Counted from the first letter of the stretch, positions 19,281 to 28,148 are shown. The stretch: DNA of 32,000 bases from Mycolicibacterium smegmatis (GCF_001457595.1 NZ_LN831039.1:1320001-1352000); one strand, 5' to 3'. Numbers and translations are program-made. The notes: generated by a model from the sequence alone, not told the origin.

Positions 19281-19680
19281 ATGACGACACTGGAAGATGT
19301 GACCAAGAAGAAGGCCGAGTAGTCCGCCGAGCAGCAGGCTGCGTCGAGCGGGTCCGACTGGCACGAGAACAGGGCCTGTCGCTGACCGGACCCGACGGGC
19401 TGCAAGCAGTTAACCAAGACAGTCCTTGAGACCGCGCTCAATGAGGAGATGACCGAGCACCTCGGTTATGAGAAGCCGACCCGCCCAGGGCGGGGTCGGG
19501 CAACGTTCGCGACGGCACCCACACCACGCCGTACTTACCGTCACCACCGGCTCGGTCGAACTCGGCGTGTCAGACCAAGATCAGATCCACCGTTGTTCAG
19601 ACACTCCCAGGGGCATCCACGTTCGAGCCCCAGATCGTCAAGAAACGCCAGCACCAACTGTCCGGGGTTGAGGGACTGTC
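19281..19680 (+). pseudogene. IS256-family transposase, decayed N-terminal fragment
   Basis: Across three frames the region reads MTTLEDVTKKKAE*SAEQQAA.., LSLTGPDGL / KQLTKTVLETALNEEMTEHLGYEK / GSGNVRDGT.. / FEPQIVKKRQHQLSGVEGLS. These are the conserved N-terminal blocks of actinobacterial IS256-type transposases, broken by an in-frame stop and at least 2 frameshifts. The fragment ends abruptly at about 19680 and no DDE domain follows. Confidence 0.7.
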
Positions 19681-19683
19681 GCG

Positions 19684-20100
19684 CTAACGCGATAGTCCCG
19701 GGTGGCGTCGCGGCATCGGGACAACGACATGCGTGGCTTCGGCTCCTTGGTGAGTGAGTTCCGCGATCGCTGCCGACAGTGTCCGGATCTTGGCACGTAG
19801 TTCTGTGTTTTCGGCGGCGAGTTGGTGATTGTGCTCGCGTGCCTGGGCGAGTTGACGTAGCAGGGCAAGGGCATTCGTGGCAACAGGTCCGGTTGCGGCG
19901 GCGGCTTTGAACTCGTTGAGCAGGTCGGCGTGGTGTTCGTAGAGTCGTTGTCGGGGTATCCCTGATTCGCTGGCCAACGCGACAACGGTGTGGGCGCCGT
20001 TGCCGTGTTGGGCGGTGTTGTCCCGGATTCGGCTCATCGCGGCCAGTACGAGCTGGCGCTCGTCATCGGTTCTGGTGGTGCGCGGCGGCGGCACGGTCAT
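19684..20100 (-). CDS. Small HTH + coiled-coil accessory protein downstream of the recombinase trio (138 aa)
   Basis: ATG at 20100 overlaps the ritC-like 3' end by 38 nt. HTH-like segment HTVVALASESGIPRQRLYEHH, then a heptad-like helix LLRQLAQAREHNHQLAAENTELRAKIRTLSAAIAELT. Possibly the family I recall as DUF6262 (unverified). Confidence 0.55.
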   Translation of the reverse strand: MTVPPPRTTRTDDERQLVLAAMSRIRDNTAQHGNGAHTVVALASESGIPRQRLYEHHADLLNEFKAAAATGPVATNALALLRQLAQAREHNHQLAAENTELRAKIRTLSAAIAELTHQGAEATHVVVPMPRRHPGLSR

Positions 20101-22237
20101 GTTGCTGGTGTCCTGTCCGGGTGGGTGTTGCTGGTCGGCTGGATTCGTGTGCGTCGAGTGCCTTTTCGTGCTCGGTGAGCCGTGCACGGATGCGTTGTCG
20201 TAGCGGTTCGGGCAGGGTCAGGCTGTTGAGGTCGTGTGTGAGCGTGTCGGCATGGGCGCGCAGGTTCGCGACGTCGCGATCGGTGCGGGCGGCGTTGGTG
20301 CAGTCGAGACGGCAGCGGCTCCAGACGGGTCCGGTCACGTCGTCGGTGTGTGGCAGGCACGCTGCAGTGGCGGGGCGAAATACACAGCTGACCAGCGCGC
20401 CGTGGTGGATCTGCAGATCCGGGTTGGCCATCGCGGTGTTGACCTGGCTGGTGGTGGTGACGGTTAGGCCGGCGAAAGTGTTCGCGCGGCCGACGCGGGC
20501 CTTGTATTCGTCGGCTGCGGGGCCGGAGACGTGTTCGCCGCGCTTGAGTCGGTGGGCGTCATCGTGGAGGGTTTCGGCGCGGTGCAGGAACTGTTCGAAG
20601 GTGATCTCGTCGAGAAATCCTGCGTCTGCTCCGCCAGCGTAACCTTGGATGATCTGTGTGTGCAGGTGACCGTATTGCGTTGCGCCGGCGATGGTTCCGC
20701 CGGGTCGGCGGACGATGTGCCAGGCCAGTGTGCGCCGCAAGCGCGGCACCTGAATGGCGCCCTGCGGGTCGTCGGGAATCAGCGGGTGATCGACGGCGGG
20801 GGCGACGGCGCGGTTGAACCAATCGATGAAACGGGTGATGTCGGTGTTGATCGACCCGGGTGTCCTCGTCCGGTGGGATCCGTAGAGGAACTGTTCCTGA
20901 GAGCACCACTGGAATCCGGGGAAGAGCAGATCGCCGCCGGTGATCTGTTCGAGAACACTGACCGCGTGGGCGGTTTCCTCGGTTACCACCCACGGGATCG
21001 TGGCCGGTGATCGGTCCCCACGCCGCTCACCTGTCTTGAGCTGGTGGCCGGACATGAACGTCAAACCCAGCTGCGGGTCTCGGGTGATGCATCCGCGACG
21101 CAGGTTGAGGGCTTCCCCGGTCCGGACACCGGACAGGTAGGCGATCACCAGAAAGCAAGCGGTGGTGATGTAGCGAAGGTGTTCGACGATTTCTGGGGCC
21201 TCGATAGGGCTGTGCCGCCATCGGCGCGTGCCGATCGTGCTGAACGTGGTCGTGCGGACCATGTCTGCCTCGATAGGCAGTGCGTGGGCGGCCAGCATGC
21301 TCGCCGTGTCGTTCATGCGTGTGAGTTCGGTGTGGTTGAGCCATCCCGCCACCGCCAGGCCCGTGAGATCGACCGAGGTGCTCTCGCCGGTGCTGACACC
21401 CGGAAGCGGGTCGCCGCGGTGGGCCAGGGCGGTCAGCAGACTGTCGAGCTGTGCGGTGGTGGTGTCGTGCAGCGACACCGTGCTGGTGCGAGCGCGGCGG
21501 ATATCCGGTGCGATGCGATGCGCCAACGCGCGCATCGCGAGGAGGTTGCGTGCGGCAGGAAGCAGATCGGCGGCGACAGTGGTGCTGACGGCCAGGGCCG
21601 CCGAGAGCAGTGGCTCCATGACATCGGGATCAATGCGAGCTGTGGTGTTCGGCTTACCCCAGGAGGACTCGTACTGAGCGAGTCCTCGCGCGCTGGCCCT
21701 GCCCCACAGTGTGGCGGCCGGAAGCCGACATTGCGTTGGAAGGACGTCCCGGTACAGGTGGAGCCGCTTGACTGCCTGCAGCGATCGGCGTTGAGTGCCG
21801 GCGCTGACCCCGGGTGCGTCGGTGACGTGGAGCAGATAGCTGTCGAGGTGGTCGATGCTGACGTGACTGAAGGAAAGTACCTCCCGCTCTACGAGCCACC
21901 TGGTGAACCGACGCAGCGGCACCAATTCACCCAGAATCGTCTTGACATGCGGGTACGGCGAACGCGACGCATCCAGACGGGGCGCGTTGTCAACGATGTT
22001 GAGCAAAGCGAACAGGTAGAGCTTGCAGGCCTGGCGAAACGGCTCCGGAAATCGACCCCAATGCACAGCTTGTCCGGCGCTGTGGCGGTCCTGGATGGCC
22101 GCGGACAGATCCCATACCGGGTCGCCGAATCGGCACCTGGTTGCAGGGATGAACAGCGGGCGGTTGAGTAGCACCTCGGTGTCCGGGGTGAGGTGGACAC
22201 CGGCCACCGTGTCGGGAATTCTGGCCGCTCGCGTCAC
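20063..22237 (-). CDS. Tyrosine recombinase, third of trio (RitC-like)
   Basis: Catalytic-region motifs: YLSGVRTGEALNLRRGCI (Arg I), LRRTLAWHIVRRPGG (Arg II region), QYGHLHTQIIQGYAG (His/Tyr). The GTG at 22237 overlaps the TGA of the preceding gene (GTGA). The ORF-track extension to 22387 is probably not translated. Confidence 0.8.
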   Translation of the reverse strand: MTRAARIPDTVAGVHLTPDTEVLLNRPLFIPATRCRFGDPVWDLSAAIQDRHSAGQAVHWGRFPEPFRQACKLYLFALLNIVDNAPRLDASRSPYPHVKTILGELVPLRRFTRWLVEREVLSFSHVSIDHLDSYLLHVTDAPGVSAGTQRRSLQAVKRLHLYRDVLPTQCRLPAATLWGRASARGLAQYESSWGKPNTTARIDPDVMEPLLSAALAVSTTVAADLLPAARNLLAMRALAHRIAPDIRRARTSTVSLHDTTTAQLDSLLTALAHRGDPLPGVSTGESTSVDLTGLAVAGWLNHTELTRMNDTASMLAAHALPIEADMVRTTTFSTIGTRRWRHSPIEAPEIVEHLRYITTACFLVIAYLSGVRTGEALNLRRGCITRDPQLGLTFMSGHQLKTGERRGDRSPATIPWVVTEETAHAVSVLEQITGGDLLFPGFQWCSQEQFLYGSHRTRTPGSINTDITRFIDWFNRAVAPAVDHPLIPDDPQGAIQVPRLRRTLAWHIVRRPGGTIAGATQYGHLHTQIIQGYAGGADAGFLDEITFEQFLHRAETLHDDAHRLKRGEHVSGPAADEYKARVGRANTFAGLTVTTTSQVNTAMANPDLQIHHGALVSCVFRPATAACLPHTDDVTGPVWSRCRLDCTNAARTDRDVANLRAHADTLTHDLNSLTLPEPLRQRIRARLTEHEKALDAHESSRPATPTRTGHQQHDRAAAAHHQNR

Positions 22238-24018
22238 GGTGCTTCCAAGTTTCCCGACAGCAACAGCGTTGCGGTGCGGTGATCGCGCTGAGCGATCTGG
22301 CCGCGCGCCGCATCCAGCTGGGCCGGTTCGTACTCGGCGAAGATGTCCTCCAGCTGCGCCAGTGGACCGGCATACTCGGTGATCCACTGCGCGATCGGCA
22401 TCTCGGTGCGCAGGTCACGAAGCCGGTCGGCGACTACCAGCTGAATGGGCAGGTGCCGCGGAAACGCGCGGGCGTTGCTGCAGTCCAGACATGCCAGAAA
22501 CGACGCGCGGCAGCGTCTTCCGTCGACCGGGGAATGCTCGAAATCAGCACAGCTCCCCAAAACGGCATCCTGGCCAGAACCGTTGTCCTCGATGCTGGAA
22601 TGTACGGTCATCGAGCGGCGGTACAATGCTTGGGCGACCTGGGCATTGAGCGCCTCGGCCACGATGTGAAACCCCTCGGTGCGCACCGAATCCATCCGGC
22701 CCAGATAGCCCGCTAACGTCGCTGGCGTGTGCGCTGTCGGCATACGGACCCGTTCCAGATACGTTTTACGTAACCGGTCCATGCTGATCCCCATCAGCAG
22801 CTGATCACCTTCGGTATCCCCGGTCAGCCACGGCGCCATCCACCGTCGCCGTGCGTCGACACCACTGGCGGTGCTGCTGATGCCGTAGCCGAAGCGTTTG
22901 CCTTCCACCGCGTCGGGCTGGGCGCTGTAATAGACAAAAGCCTGCCGGCTACCGGTCAGCGCGCGAGCCGGCTCGGTCAGCTCCAGCAACAACATGAACA
23001 CCCCGTACGCCGTCGTGAGCGACGTATTGAGCACCGCGGCGCGCTGATGGTCGCCCCCGAGTGGCCGAAGCTCTGGGCGCAGCGCTGTCACCGGCACCGT
23101 CATCACCGATCGCCGGCCGCGGCGGGCTTTGTCAGCGTGGACGAAGACGATGCCGGGTTCGTCCGGGCTGCTCGCGGATCGGTGTGGGGCCGGCAGTGCG
23201 TCCAGCGTCGAGAGGTTTAGGCCGGTCAGCCCGGCCAGCAGCACACCGAACGCCCACGCCTCACCCGGTGTCACATGCAGCAACGGCAACAACCGACACC
23301 CGCCGGCAGACCTGACCGCCCGGCGTGTCACGTACGCCCTGGCACCCGACGCGGTGCGCGGAAAGTCACCTTCCCGGGCGCAGTGATCGAGCACTTCGGC
23401 CAGACTGCGACGCGGATCGGCTGTGGGGAGATGATCGAACCGACCGCCGCGAAAATCGGCAACCATCTCCCAATGCATCCGCAGCCGACTTCGCGCCCGC
23501 CGAACGATTGCCCGCGCCACCACATTGATCCGGCGAAACTCGTCAGCCGAATATGGTTGTCGCGCTGAAAGATTCCTTTTATGGCGCACCCGCGCGAATC
23601 CATGACAGACCTGCTCGGAGACGACAGGACTGCACCGCAGCAACGTCTTGAGCGCCGGCGCGGGACCCGGTCCACTGGGCACTCGACAGGACATGGCCAG
23701 CAACCCGGCATCAGCGACAGACAGCGCGGCCAGTCCCTCGATCCCCGGGCGGTTCTCGTCCAGCCAACAGCACGCGTGCCGGGCGGCCTGCCACAACGCA
23801 CCAGCGCCCCGCACCCGCTTGGACACTCCCAACACCCCGGTAGCTTCCTCGAACGCGACCGCAAAATCGTGACACACGCCGCCGTTACCCGGGAGGCGAC
23901 CGAAATCGAAATCCTTCCAAACCCCTCCGTCCTCGCTGACAAACCTCACGATCAGACCGCGGCGCCGCGATACGGGACGCCACGCTGGATCCGGCTGCGC
24001 CGCAGGTCGACCCGTCAC
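22234..24018 (-). CDS. Tyrosine recombinase-like protein, second of trio (RitB-like, divergent)
   Basis: 594 aa, located between two clear recombinases. C-terminal region DRLRKTYLERV...AHTPATLAGYLGR resembles the R...H...Y boxes. The GTG at 24018 overlaps the TGA of the ritA-like gene (GTGA). Confidence 0.7.
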   Translation of the reverse strand: MTGRPAAQPDPAWRPVSRRRGLIVRFVSEDGGVWKDFDFGRLPGNGGVCHDFAVAFEEATGVLGVSKRVRGAGALWQAARHACCWLDENRPGIEGLAALSVADAGLLAMSCRVPSGPGPAPALKTLLRCSPVVSEQVCHGFARVRHKRNLSARQPYSADEFRRINVVARAIVRRARSRLRMHWEMVADFRGGRFDHLPTADPRRSLAEVLDHCAREGDFPRTASGARAYVTRRAVRSAGGCRLLPLLHVTPGEAWAFGVLLAGLTGLNLSTLDALPAPHRSASSPDEPGIVFVHADKARRGRRSVMTVPVTALRPELRPLGGDHQRAAVLNTSLTTAYGVFMLLLELTEPARALTGSRQAFVYYSAQPDAVEGKRFGYGISSTASGVDARRRWMAPWLTGDTEGDQLLMGISMDRLRKTYLERVRMPTAHTPATLAGYLGRMDSVRTEGFHIVAEALNAQVAQALYRRSMTVHSSIEDNGSGQDAVLGSCADFEHSPVDGRRCRASFLACLDCSNARAFPRHLPIQLVVADRLRDLRTEMPIAQWITEYAGPLAQLEDIFAEYEPAQLDAARGQIAQRDHRTATLLLSGNLEAP

Positions 24019-25523
24019 CGATGCCCTGTCAACACACGCGGCTCACCAACGCCGACCGTGGCAACGAGACGCTCCAGGGATTGCCGATCATCGGCATCCA
24101 TCAATGCGACAAGTTCCTCGACCTGCAATGCTTGAAAGGGCTCCAGATACACATTCCGGGTCACCTCAGCGCTGCGATGCCCCAACAAGGTGGCCAGCAG
24201 GAACCACACATCGCCGAGCTGATTGCGGAAGTCTCGCTGCTCCTGTGCGGTCAACATGCCGGTGCGGCGCCACGCCACGAACGTCGCGATGCAGTACCAG
24301 CGCAGCGCGAAGGAATGCCTCAACATGTGGGGACGACACCACAGCGGAGCACCGTGCTCGTGCGTCAATGCCCCTGCGACTCTCGCGTTCGCCCTGTCAA
24401 AAGTCTTGTACCACGCGTGCTTCGGGCGGGGCGTCCCGTCATGGTTGAGCCACAACCACATCGGCTCCAATCCACCACGCACCCGGCGAAACATCTTCAT
24501 CCGCAACAGCGGATCGAGCGCATCCAAACTCACCACGCGCCGCGAACCCTCTTCATCGACAACGTCCAATCGTCTGTCGCTGCGAACCCGTTCAACGATC
24601 CAGCTATCCACCACCTGCTCGTAGCGACCCGCCGCCTGCGCACGGGCGACGGTCGCAATACGACTGCCCTCGTGCAGATAGAAATCAACCTGTTGAGAGA
24701 CGCGGTGTCGCATCCAGAAGGTTCGTCCGCTACCACCTTTGGCGCAGGCGGACGCAACACGCGAACGCGTCAGGCCCTCCGAGCCCGGTGTCGGCACCTC
24801 GCTCGTCAACACACTGGACCACTCACCGATGCGCAAACCGGTCCCGAACAAGCCGTCGACGAATGCGGTATCACGATCCTCGGTCGATCCCCGCCAATCA
24901 GGGTGCGGCATACCAGCCCCGGTGAAGCCACGCAAACCTAGGTTGCGCCACAGTCGAAATGCTTGTGGAGTAAGCCATTTCACGTCTGACCTGCGCATCC
25001 CCGACGGGGTGCTCTCCAAAGTCACACGCTGCCCACCCGCCCATGACGTGGCTATCGCCCGTGCTCGAACCGGGTTCTCAACTCCCTGATGCTCGGCCGC
25101 CCACAAATAGAACCCGCGGATCGCCGACCGATCAACGCAGAAGCTGGCAGCACTCACACACTGGGGATTCTCCCGCGCCGACAGTCGCCACTCCTTGAAC
25201 GCAGCGAACTCCGATCGCGACGCGTGGTCCCACCGAACATCCACCGCGTGCAAGAAATCCAGCCAGACCTTCAACGACAAGGCGTACCGGCGCACCGTCG
25301 CCGTTGCTCGCCGTCTTAACACCGGATCGCGCCAATAGGCGTTCACCACAGCATCCGCACGGCCCCACGGATCAAGAAAGAACGGTGTGCCATCACGCGC
25401 ACCATTGCGCTTCGCCCAGTCCGCAATGTCACCCAACCCGGGCACCACATCGTCCACCGAGACGAAACGGCGCTGGAAGTCATAGAAGTGCAGAGACCAA
25501 CCGGCAGCAGATTCACCAGCCAT
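24015..25523 (-). CDS. Tyrosine recombinase, first of trio (RitA-like)
   Basis: GLRIGEWSSVL (Arg I), RPHMLRHSFALRWY (HxxR), LLGHRSAEVTRNVYLEP (His...Tyr). ATG at 25523 is preceded by GAGAGGGA. Confidence 0.85.
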   Translation of the reverse strand: MAGESAAGWSLHFYDFQRRFVSVDDVVPGLGDIADWAKRNGARDGTPFFLDPWGRADAVVNAYWRDPVLRRRATATVRRYALSLKVWLDFLHAVDVRWDHASRSEFAAFKEWRLSARENPQCVSAASFCVDRSAIRGFYLWAAEHQGVENPVRARAIATSWAGGQRVTLESTPSGMRRSDVKWLTPQAFRLWRNLGLRGFTGAGMPHPDWRGSTEDRDTAFVDGLFGTGLRIGEWSSVLTSEVPTPGSEGLTRSRVASACAKGGSGRTFWMRHRVSQQVDFYLHEGSRIATVARAQAAGRYEQVVDSWIVERVRSDRRLDVVDEEGSRRVVSLDALDPLLRMKMFRRVRGGLEPMWLWLNHDGTPRPKHAWYKTFDRANARVAGALTHEHGAPLWCRPHMLRHSFALRWYCIATFVAWRRTGMLTAQEQRDFRNQLGDVWFLLATLLGHRSAEVTRNVYLEPFQALQVEELVALMDADDRQSLERLVATVGVGEPRVLTGHR

Positions 25524-25788
25524 TACGGATCCCTCTCACCGCGCGGGCAACGATCCCATCATTACCGATGCCACATCTTGAACGCCCTCGACACGCCCTG
25601 TCGGGCAGTGAACGGGGGTGTGAGACGAGGAAGGTTCGGAAGCCGTCAAGGTTGCGTGTTTCAATATGGCGCAAGAGATTTCGAAGTACGTCTCGCGCGA
25701 ACTTGCGCTGGGCGTCAGTGGATTCGGCCGGCGGTGACAAAGTGCTCTCCGTTCATTCCTTGTTCGTCGATCGCCCGGTTCAATGGAT

Positions 25789-25875
25789 TCAGAGGAAGTG
25801 GCTGGCCTGAGCAACCTGGACTTCGGAACTCCACCGTGGAACAGCGCTCAGGATTTCTGGCATGGTCTGATCGAC
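25789..25875 (-). pseudogene. 3' fragment (last 28 codons) of the gene interrupted by the ISL3 element
   Basis: The minus-strand reading VDQTMPEILSAVPRWSSEVQVAQASHFL* continues in frame from codon 142 of the 28566..28141 fragment once the IS and one target-duplication copy are removed. Confidence 0.7.
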
Positions 25876-25883
25876 ATAATCGG
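25876..25883. repeat. Target-site duplication ATAATCGG (left copy) of the ISL3 element
   Basis: The identical 8-mer recurs at 28141..28148 immediately outside the right IR. The last GG overlaps the first two bases of the left IR, so the exact boundary is ambiguous by 2 nt. Confidence 0.8.
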
Positions 25884-25908
25884 GCTCTTCGCAGTTGAGG
25901 GTGTAGAG
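25882..25908. repeat. ISL3 left terminal inverted repeat
   Basis: GGGCTCTTCGCAGTTGAGGGTGTAGAG; 25/27 match to the reverse complement of 28114..28140. Confidence 0.85.
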
Positions 25909-25992
25909 GTCGTCGGCGCGTCGGTGCCGGGATAGGGGTCGAGGTCTTCCGATGATGGAGGTTCCTACGCCATCCATCTGAAAGACCTCGAC

Positions 25993-27315
25993 GTGCCTGA
26001 CGCTACCGGTCGGGCGGGCTTCGCCTGCGCTGACCTGACGACTTTCTGCCGCCTCGACGAGCTCGGGTTGGAGGTGACCGGCCAACGCCTCGACCCTGAT
26101 CGGGCCGTGCTGGCGTGCCGGGTCGCCGATGAGGATCGGTGGTGCCGCCGCTGCGGCGAAGAAGGCGTTGTACGTGACAGCGTGACTCGCACGTTGGCTC
26201 ATGAACCGTTCGGGTGGCGACCCACGGCTTTGCTGGTCACGATCCGCCGTTACCGTTGCGCCGGCTGCGCTCATGTGTGGCGCCAGGATGCCAGCGCCGC
26301 AGCCGAACCGCGGGCCAGGCTGTCCCGGCGTGCTCTGCGGTGGGCGCTGGAAGCCCTTGTCTGCCAACACCTGTCGGTGGCCCGGGTCGCCGAGGCGCTT
26401 GCGGTGTCGTGGAACACTGCCAACAACGCCGTGCTCGCCGAAGGTCAGCGGGTGCTCATCGCCGATCCGGCCCGGTTCGATGGCGTCGCGGTGATCGGCG
26501 TCGATGAGCACGTGTGGCGGCACACTCGCCGCGGCGACAAGTACGTCACCGTCATCATCGATCTCACGCCCGTGCGTGACGGGACCGGCCCCGCACGGCT
26601 GCTCGACATGGTGGAGGGCCGCTCCAAGAAGGCGTTCGCCGACTGGCTGGCACAGCGGCCACAGGAGTGGCGTGATCGTGTGGACGTTGTTGCCATGGAC
26701 GGGTTCTCCGGGTTCAAGACCGCCGCCACCGAAGAACTGCCTGACGCGGCCACGGTGATGGACCCCTTCCACGTGGTCCGCCTGGCCGGCAACGCCCTCG
26801 ACGAGTGCCGACGCCGCGTGCAGCTGGCCACCTGCGGGCACCGCGGCCGCAGCACCGACCCGCTCTACCGATCGCGACGCACCCTGCACACCGGGGCCGA
26901 CCTGCTCACCGACCGCCAGAAAGCCCGACTGGCCGCACTGTTCGCCGCCAACGCGCACGCCGAGATCGAGGCCACCTGGGCGATGTATCAACGCACCGTG
27001 GCCGCCTACCGCGAACCAGACCGCACCAAGGGCCGCACCATGATGGCTGCACTGATCACCACGCTGAGCACAGGCGTCCCCACGTCGCTGACCGAGCTGA
27101 TCACCCTCGGGCGGACACTGAAGAAGCGTGCCGCCGACGTCCTGGCCTACTTCGACCGCCCCGGCACCTCCAACGGGCCGACCGAAGCGATCAACGGCCG
27201 CCTCGAACACCTGCGCGGATCCGCCCTGGGCTTCCGCAACCTCACCAACTACATCGCCCGGTCCCTGCTCGAGACCGGAGGCTTCCGAACCCAGCTCCGT
27301 CAACCTCGGCGGTGA
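25993..27315 (+). CDS. tnpA: ISL3-family transposase
   Basis: Zn-finger-like N-terminus (CRRCGEEG...YRCAGCAHVW). DDE core blocks IGVDEHVWRH, VVAMDGFSGFKTA, VMDPFHVVRLA. C-terminal TNGPTEAINGRLEHLRGSALGFRNLTNY is typical of ISL3. GTG at 25993. Confidence 0.9.
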   Translation: MPDATGRAGFACADLTTFCRLDELGLEVTGQRLDPDRAVLACRVADEDRWCRRCGEEGVVRDSVTRTLAHEPFGWRPTALLVTIRRYRCAGCAHVWRQDASAAAEPRARLSRRALRWALEALVCQHLSVARVAEALAVSWNTANNAVLAEGQRVLIADPARFDGVAVIGVDEHVWRHTRRGDKYVTVIIDLTPVRDGTGPARLLDMVEGRSKKAFADWLAQRPQEWRDRVDVVAMDGFSGFKTAATEELPDAATVMDPFHVVRLAGNALDECRRRVQLATCGHRGRSTDPLYRSRRTLHTGADLLTDRQKARLAALFAANAHAEIEATWAMYQRTVAAYREPDRTKGRTMMAALITTLSTGVPTSLTELITLGRTLKKRAADVLAYFDRPGTSNGPTEAINGRLEHLRGSALGFRNLTNYIARSLLETGGFRTQLRQPRR

Positions 27316-27322
27316 AGAATCC

Positions 27323-28075
27323 TCAACGCGTGTTCAACGCGGCCAGAGCGTCATTGGTCTCGGCCACCGAGAAACGGTCGGGGTGCCAGCCCCGGGGCAG
27401 CCAGTCCCTCATCTCCTGCGCACCGAGTCCCATCGGCGTTTCCCGCGGGTCGTACCCGCCGCGAACCCACGCAGCCAACTCCTCATAGCCGCCCAGGCCA
27501 CCACAGTCCTCCGGCGGACAGGCCATCTTTCCCGTCAGACACACCGCAGCCGGGGGCGGATCATCGAAAACGTCTTCGACCACGAGCACGTGGTCCCATC
27601 CGTCGCCGAAGTCGTAATCGTAGAACAACCGCTCGCCCTTATCGGACACCACCTGATCGAGGCGCACGCTGTCCTCGACGACACCGTCGTCGCCTTCGCT
27701 GAGATCAAACCCGGTGACGAAGTAGGCACGGGTCCGCCGGTCCGCCCCGACACCGAACTTATGCAGATGACTGTCCTGCCAGCCCATAACGACCTGCAGC
27801 ACAACATGGAGCTCATCGAGCATGAGGTCGCCCGGCAGGTCCAGCCGACGCCAGATCGGCGGCTTGGCGTACATCAGGTCGACGCGCACCCGGAAGCCCC
27901 GCGCACGATCCGGCACCGCCCGCACCTCGGGCGTCGGCTCATCGAACATTCCCGCGAACACGTTCCGACCAGCGTCGGCCATTAGCTTCTGCAGCAACGC
28001 CAGGTCCACACTGCCCCCGGACACTCCGCTCTTCCTCTTGCTCTTCCGCTTCTTCTCCGGCACACCCCAAGCCAA
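27323..28075 (-). CDS. pRiA4b ORF-3-like (MM3350-like) protein, IS passenger 'TnpR'-type
   Basis: FRVRVDLMYAKPPIWRRLDLPGDLMLDELHVVLQVVMGWQDSHLHKF...YDYDFGDGWDH...CPPEDCGG is the hallmark of the pRiA4b ORF-3 family. Start uncertain (TTG 28075 or ATG 27982). Confidence 0.8.
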   Translation of the reverse strand: MAWGVPEKKRKSKRKSGVSGGSVDLALLQKLMADAGRNVFAGMFDEPTPEVRAVPDRARGFRVRVDLMYAKPPIWRRLDLPGDLMLDELHVVLQVVMGWQDSHLHKFGVGADRRTRAYFVTGFDLSEGDDGVVEDSVRLDQVVSDKGERLFYDYDFGDGWDHVLVVEDVFDDPPPAAVCLTGKMACPPEDCGGLGGYEELAAWVRGGYDPRETPMGLGAQEMRDWLPRGWHPDRFSVAETNDALAALNTR

Positions 28076-28113
28076 CCAGACCCCTCGATCACAGCGCGAA
28101 AGCAGCTGATCGT

Positions 28114-28140
28114 CTCTACACCGTCAAGTGCGAAGAGCCC
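28114..28140. repeat. ISL3 right terminal inverted repeat
   Basis: CTCTACACCGTCAAGTGCGAAGAGCCC; the reverse complement matches the left IR at 25/27. Confidence 0.85.
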
Positions 28141-28148
28141 ATAATCGG
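28141..28148. repeat. Target-site duplication ATAATCGG (right copy)
   Basis: Identical to 25876..25883. Confidence 0.8.

Larger units (their letters stand above)
19681..25780 (-). mobile_element. Recombinase-in-trio (RIT) element: three tandem tyrosine recombinase genes plus a fourth small ORF. The ends are not resolved.
   Basis: Three consecutive same-strand tyrosine recombinase genes with start/stop overlaps, which is the diagnostic RIT architecture. The left limit is set by the truncated IS256 fragment (about 19680). The right limit must lie between the ritA start (25523) and the stop of the interrupted gene (25789). I could not identify terminal inverted repeats confidently by eye. Confidence 0.6.
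25882..28140 (+). mobile_element. Complete ISL3-family insertion sequence (IS1096-like, about 2.26 kb) carrying tnpA and a pRiA4b ORF-3-like passenger gene
   Basis: Terminal inverted repeats GGGCTCTTCGCAGTTGAGGGTGTAGAG (25882..25908) and the reverse complement of 28114..28140 (GGGCTCTTCGCACTTGACGGTGTAGAG) match at 25/27. There is an 8-bp direct duplication. The two-gene content is as I recall for IS1096. Confidence 0.85.

Noticed and set aside
21044-22171. 375-aa plus-strand ORF opposite the third recombinase
   Set aside because: The antisense strand carries clear tyrosine recombinase motifs, and this translation is featureless.
25650-25720. Possible continuation of the IS256 transposase on the far side of the RIT element (frame reading ..MAQEISKYVSRELALGVSGF..)
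   Set aside because: There are only about 5 identities in 18 to the expected GEISAHFAEIYGASVSKE block, followed by a stop and no further homology. That is too weak to claim a simple RIT-into-IS256 insertion.
25524-25788. Terminal inverted repeat of the RIT element (for example CCGATGCC...CGACACGCC versus the reverse complement of 19700..19725, and the GCGCAAG...CTTGCGC hairpin at 25669..25708)
   Set aside because: The matches between the two ends are short and gapped, and I cannot distinguish them from chance by eye. Defining the ends needs comparison with other copies.
25789-27303. 504-aa minus-strand ORF antisense to the ISL3 transposase
   Set aside because: Shadow ORF. Only its last 28 codons (25875..25789) are real coding sequence, being the displaced 3' end of the IS-interrupted gene.
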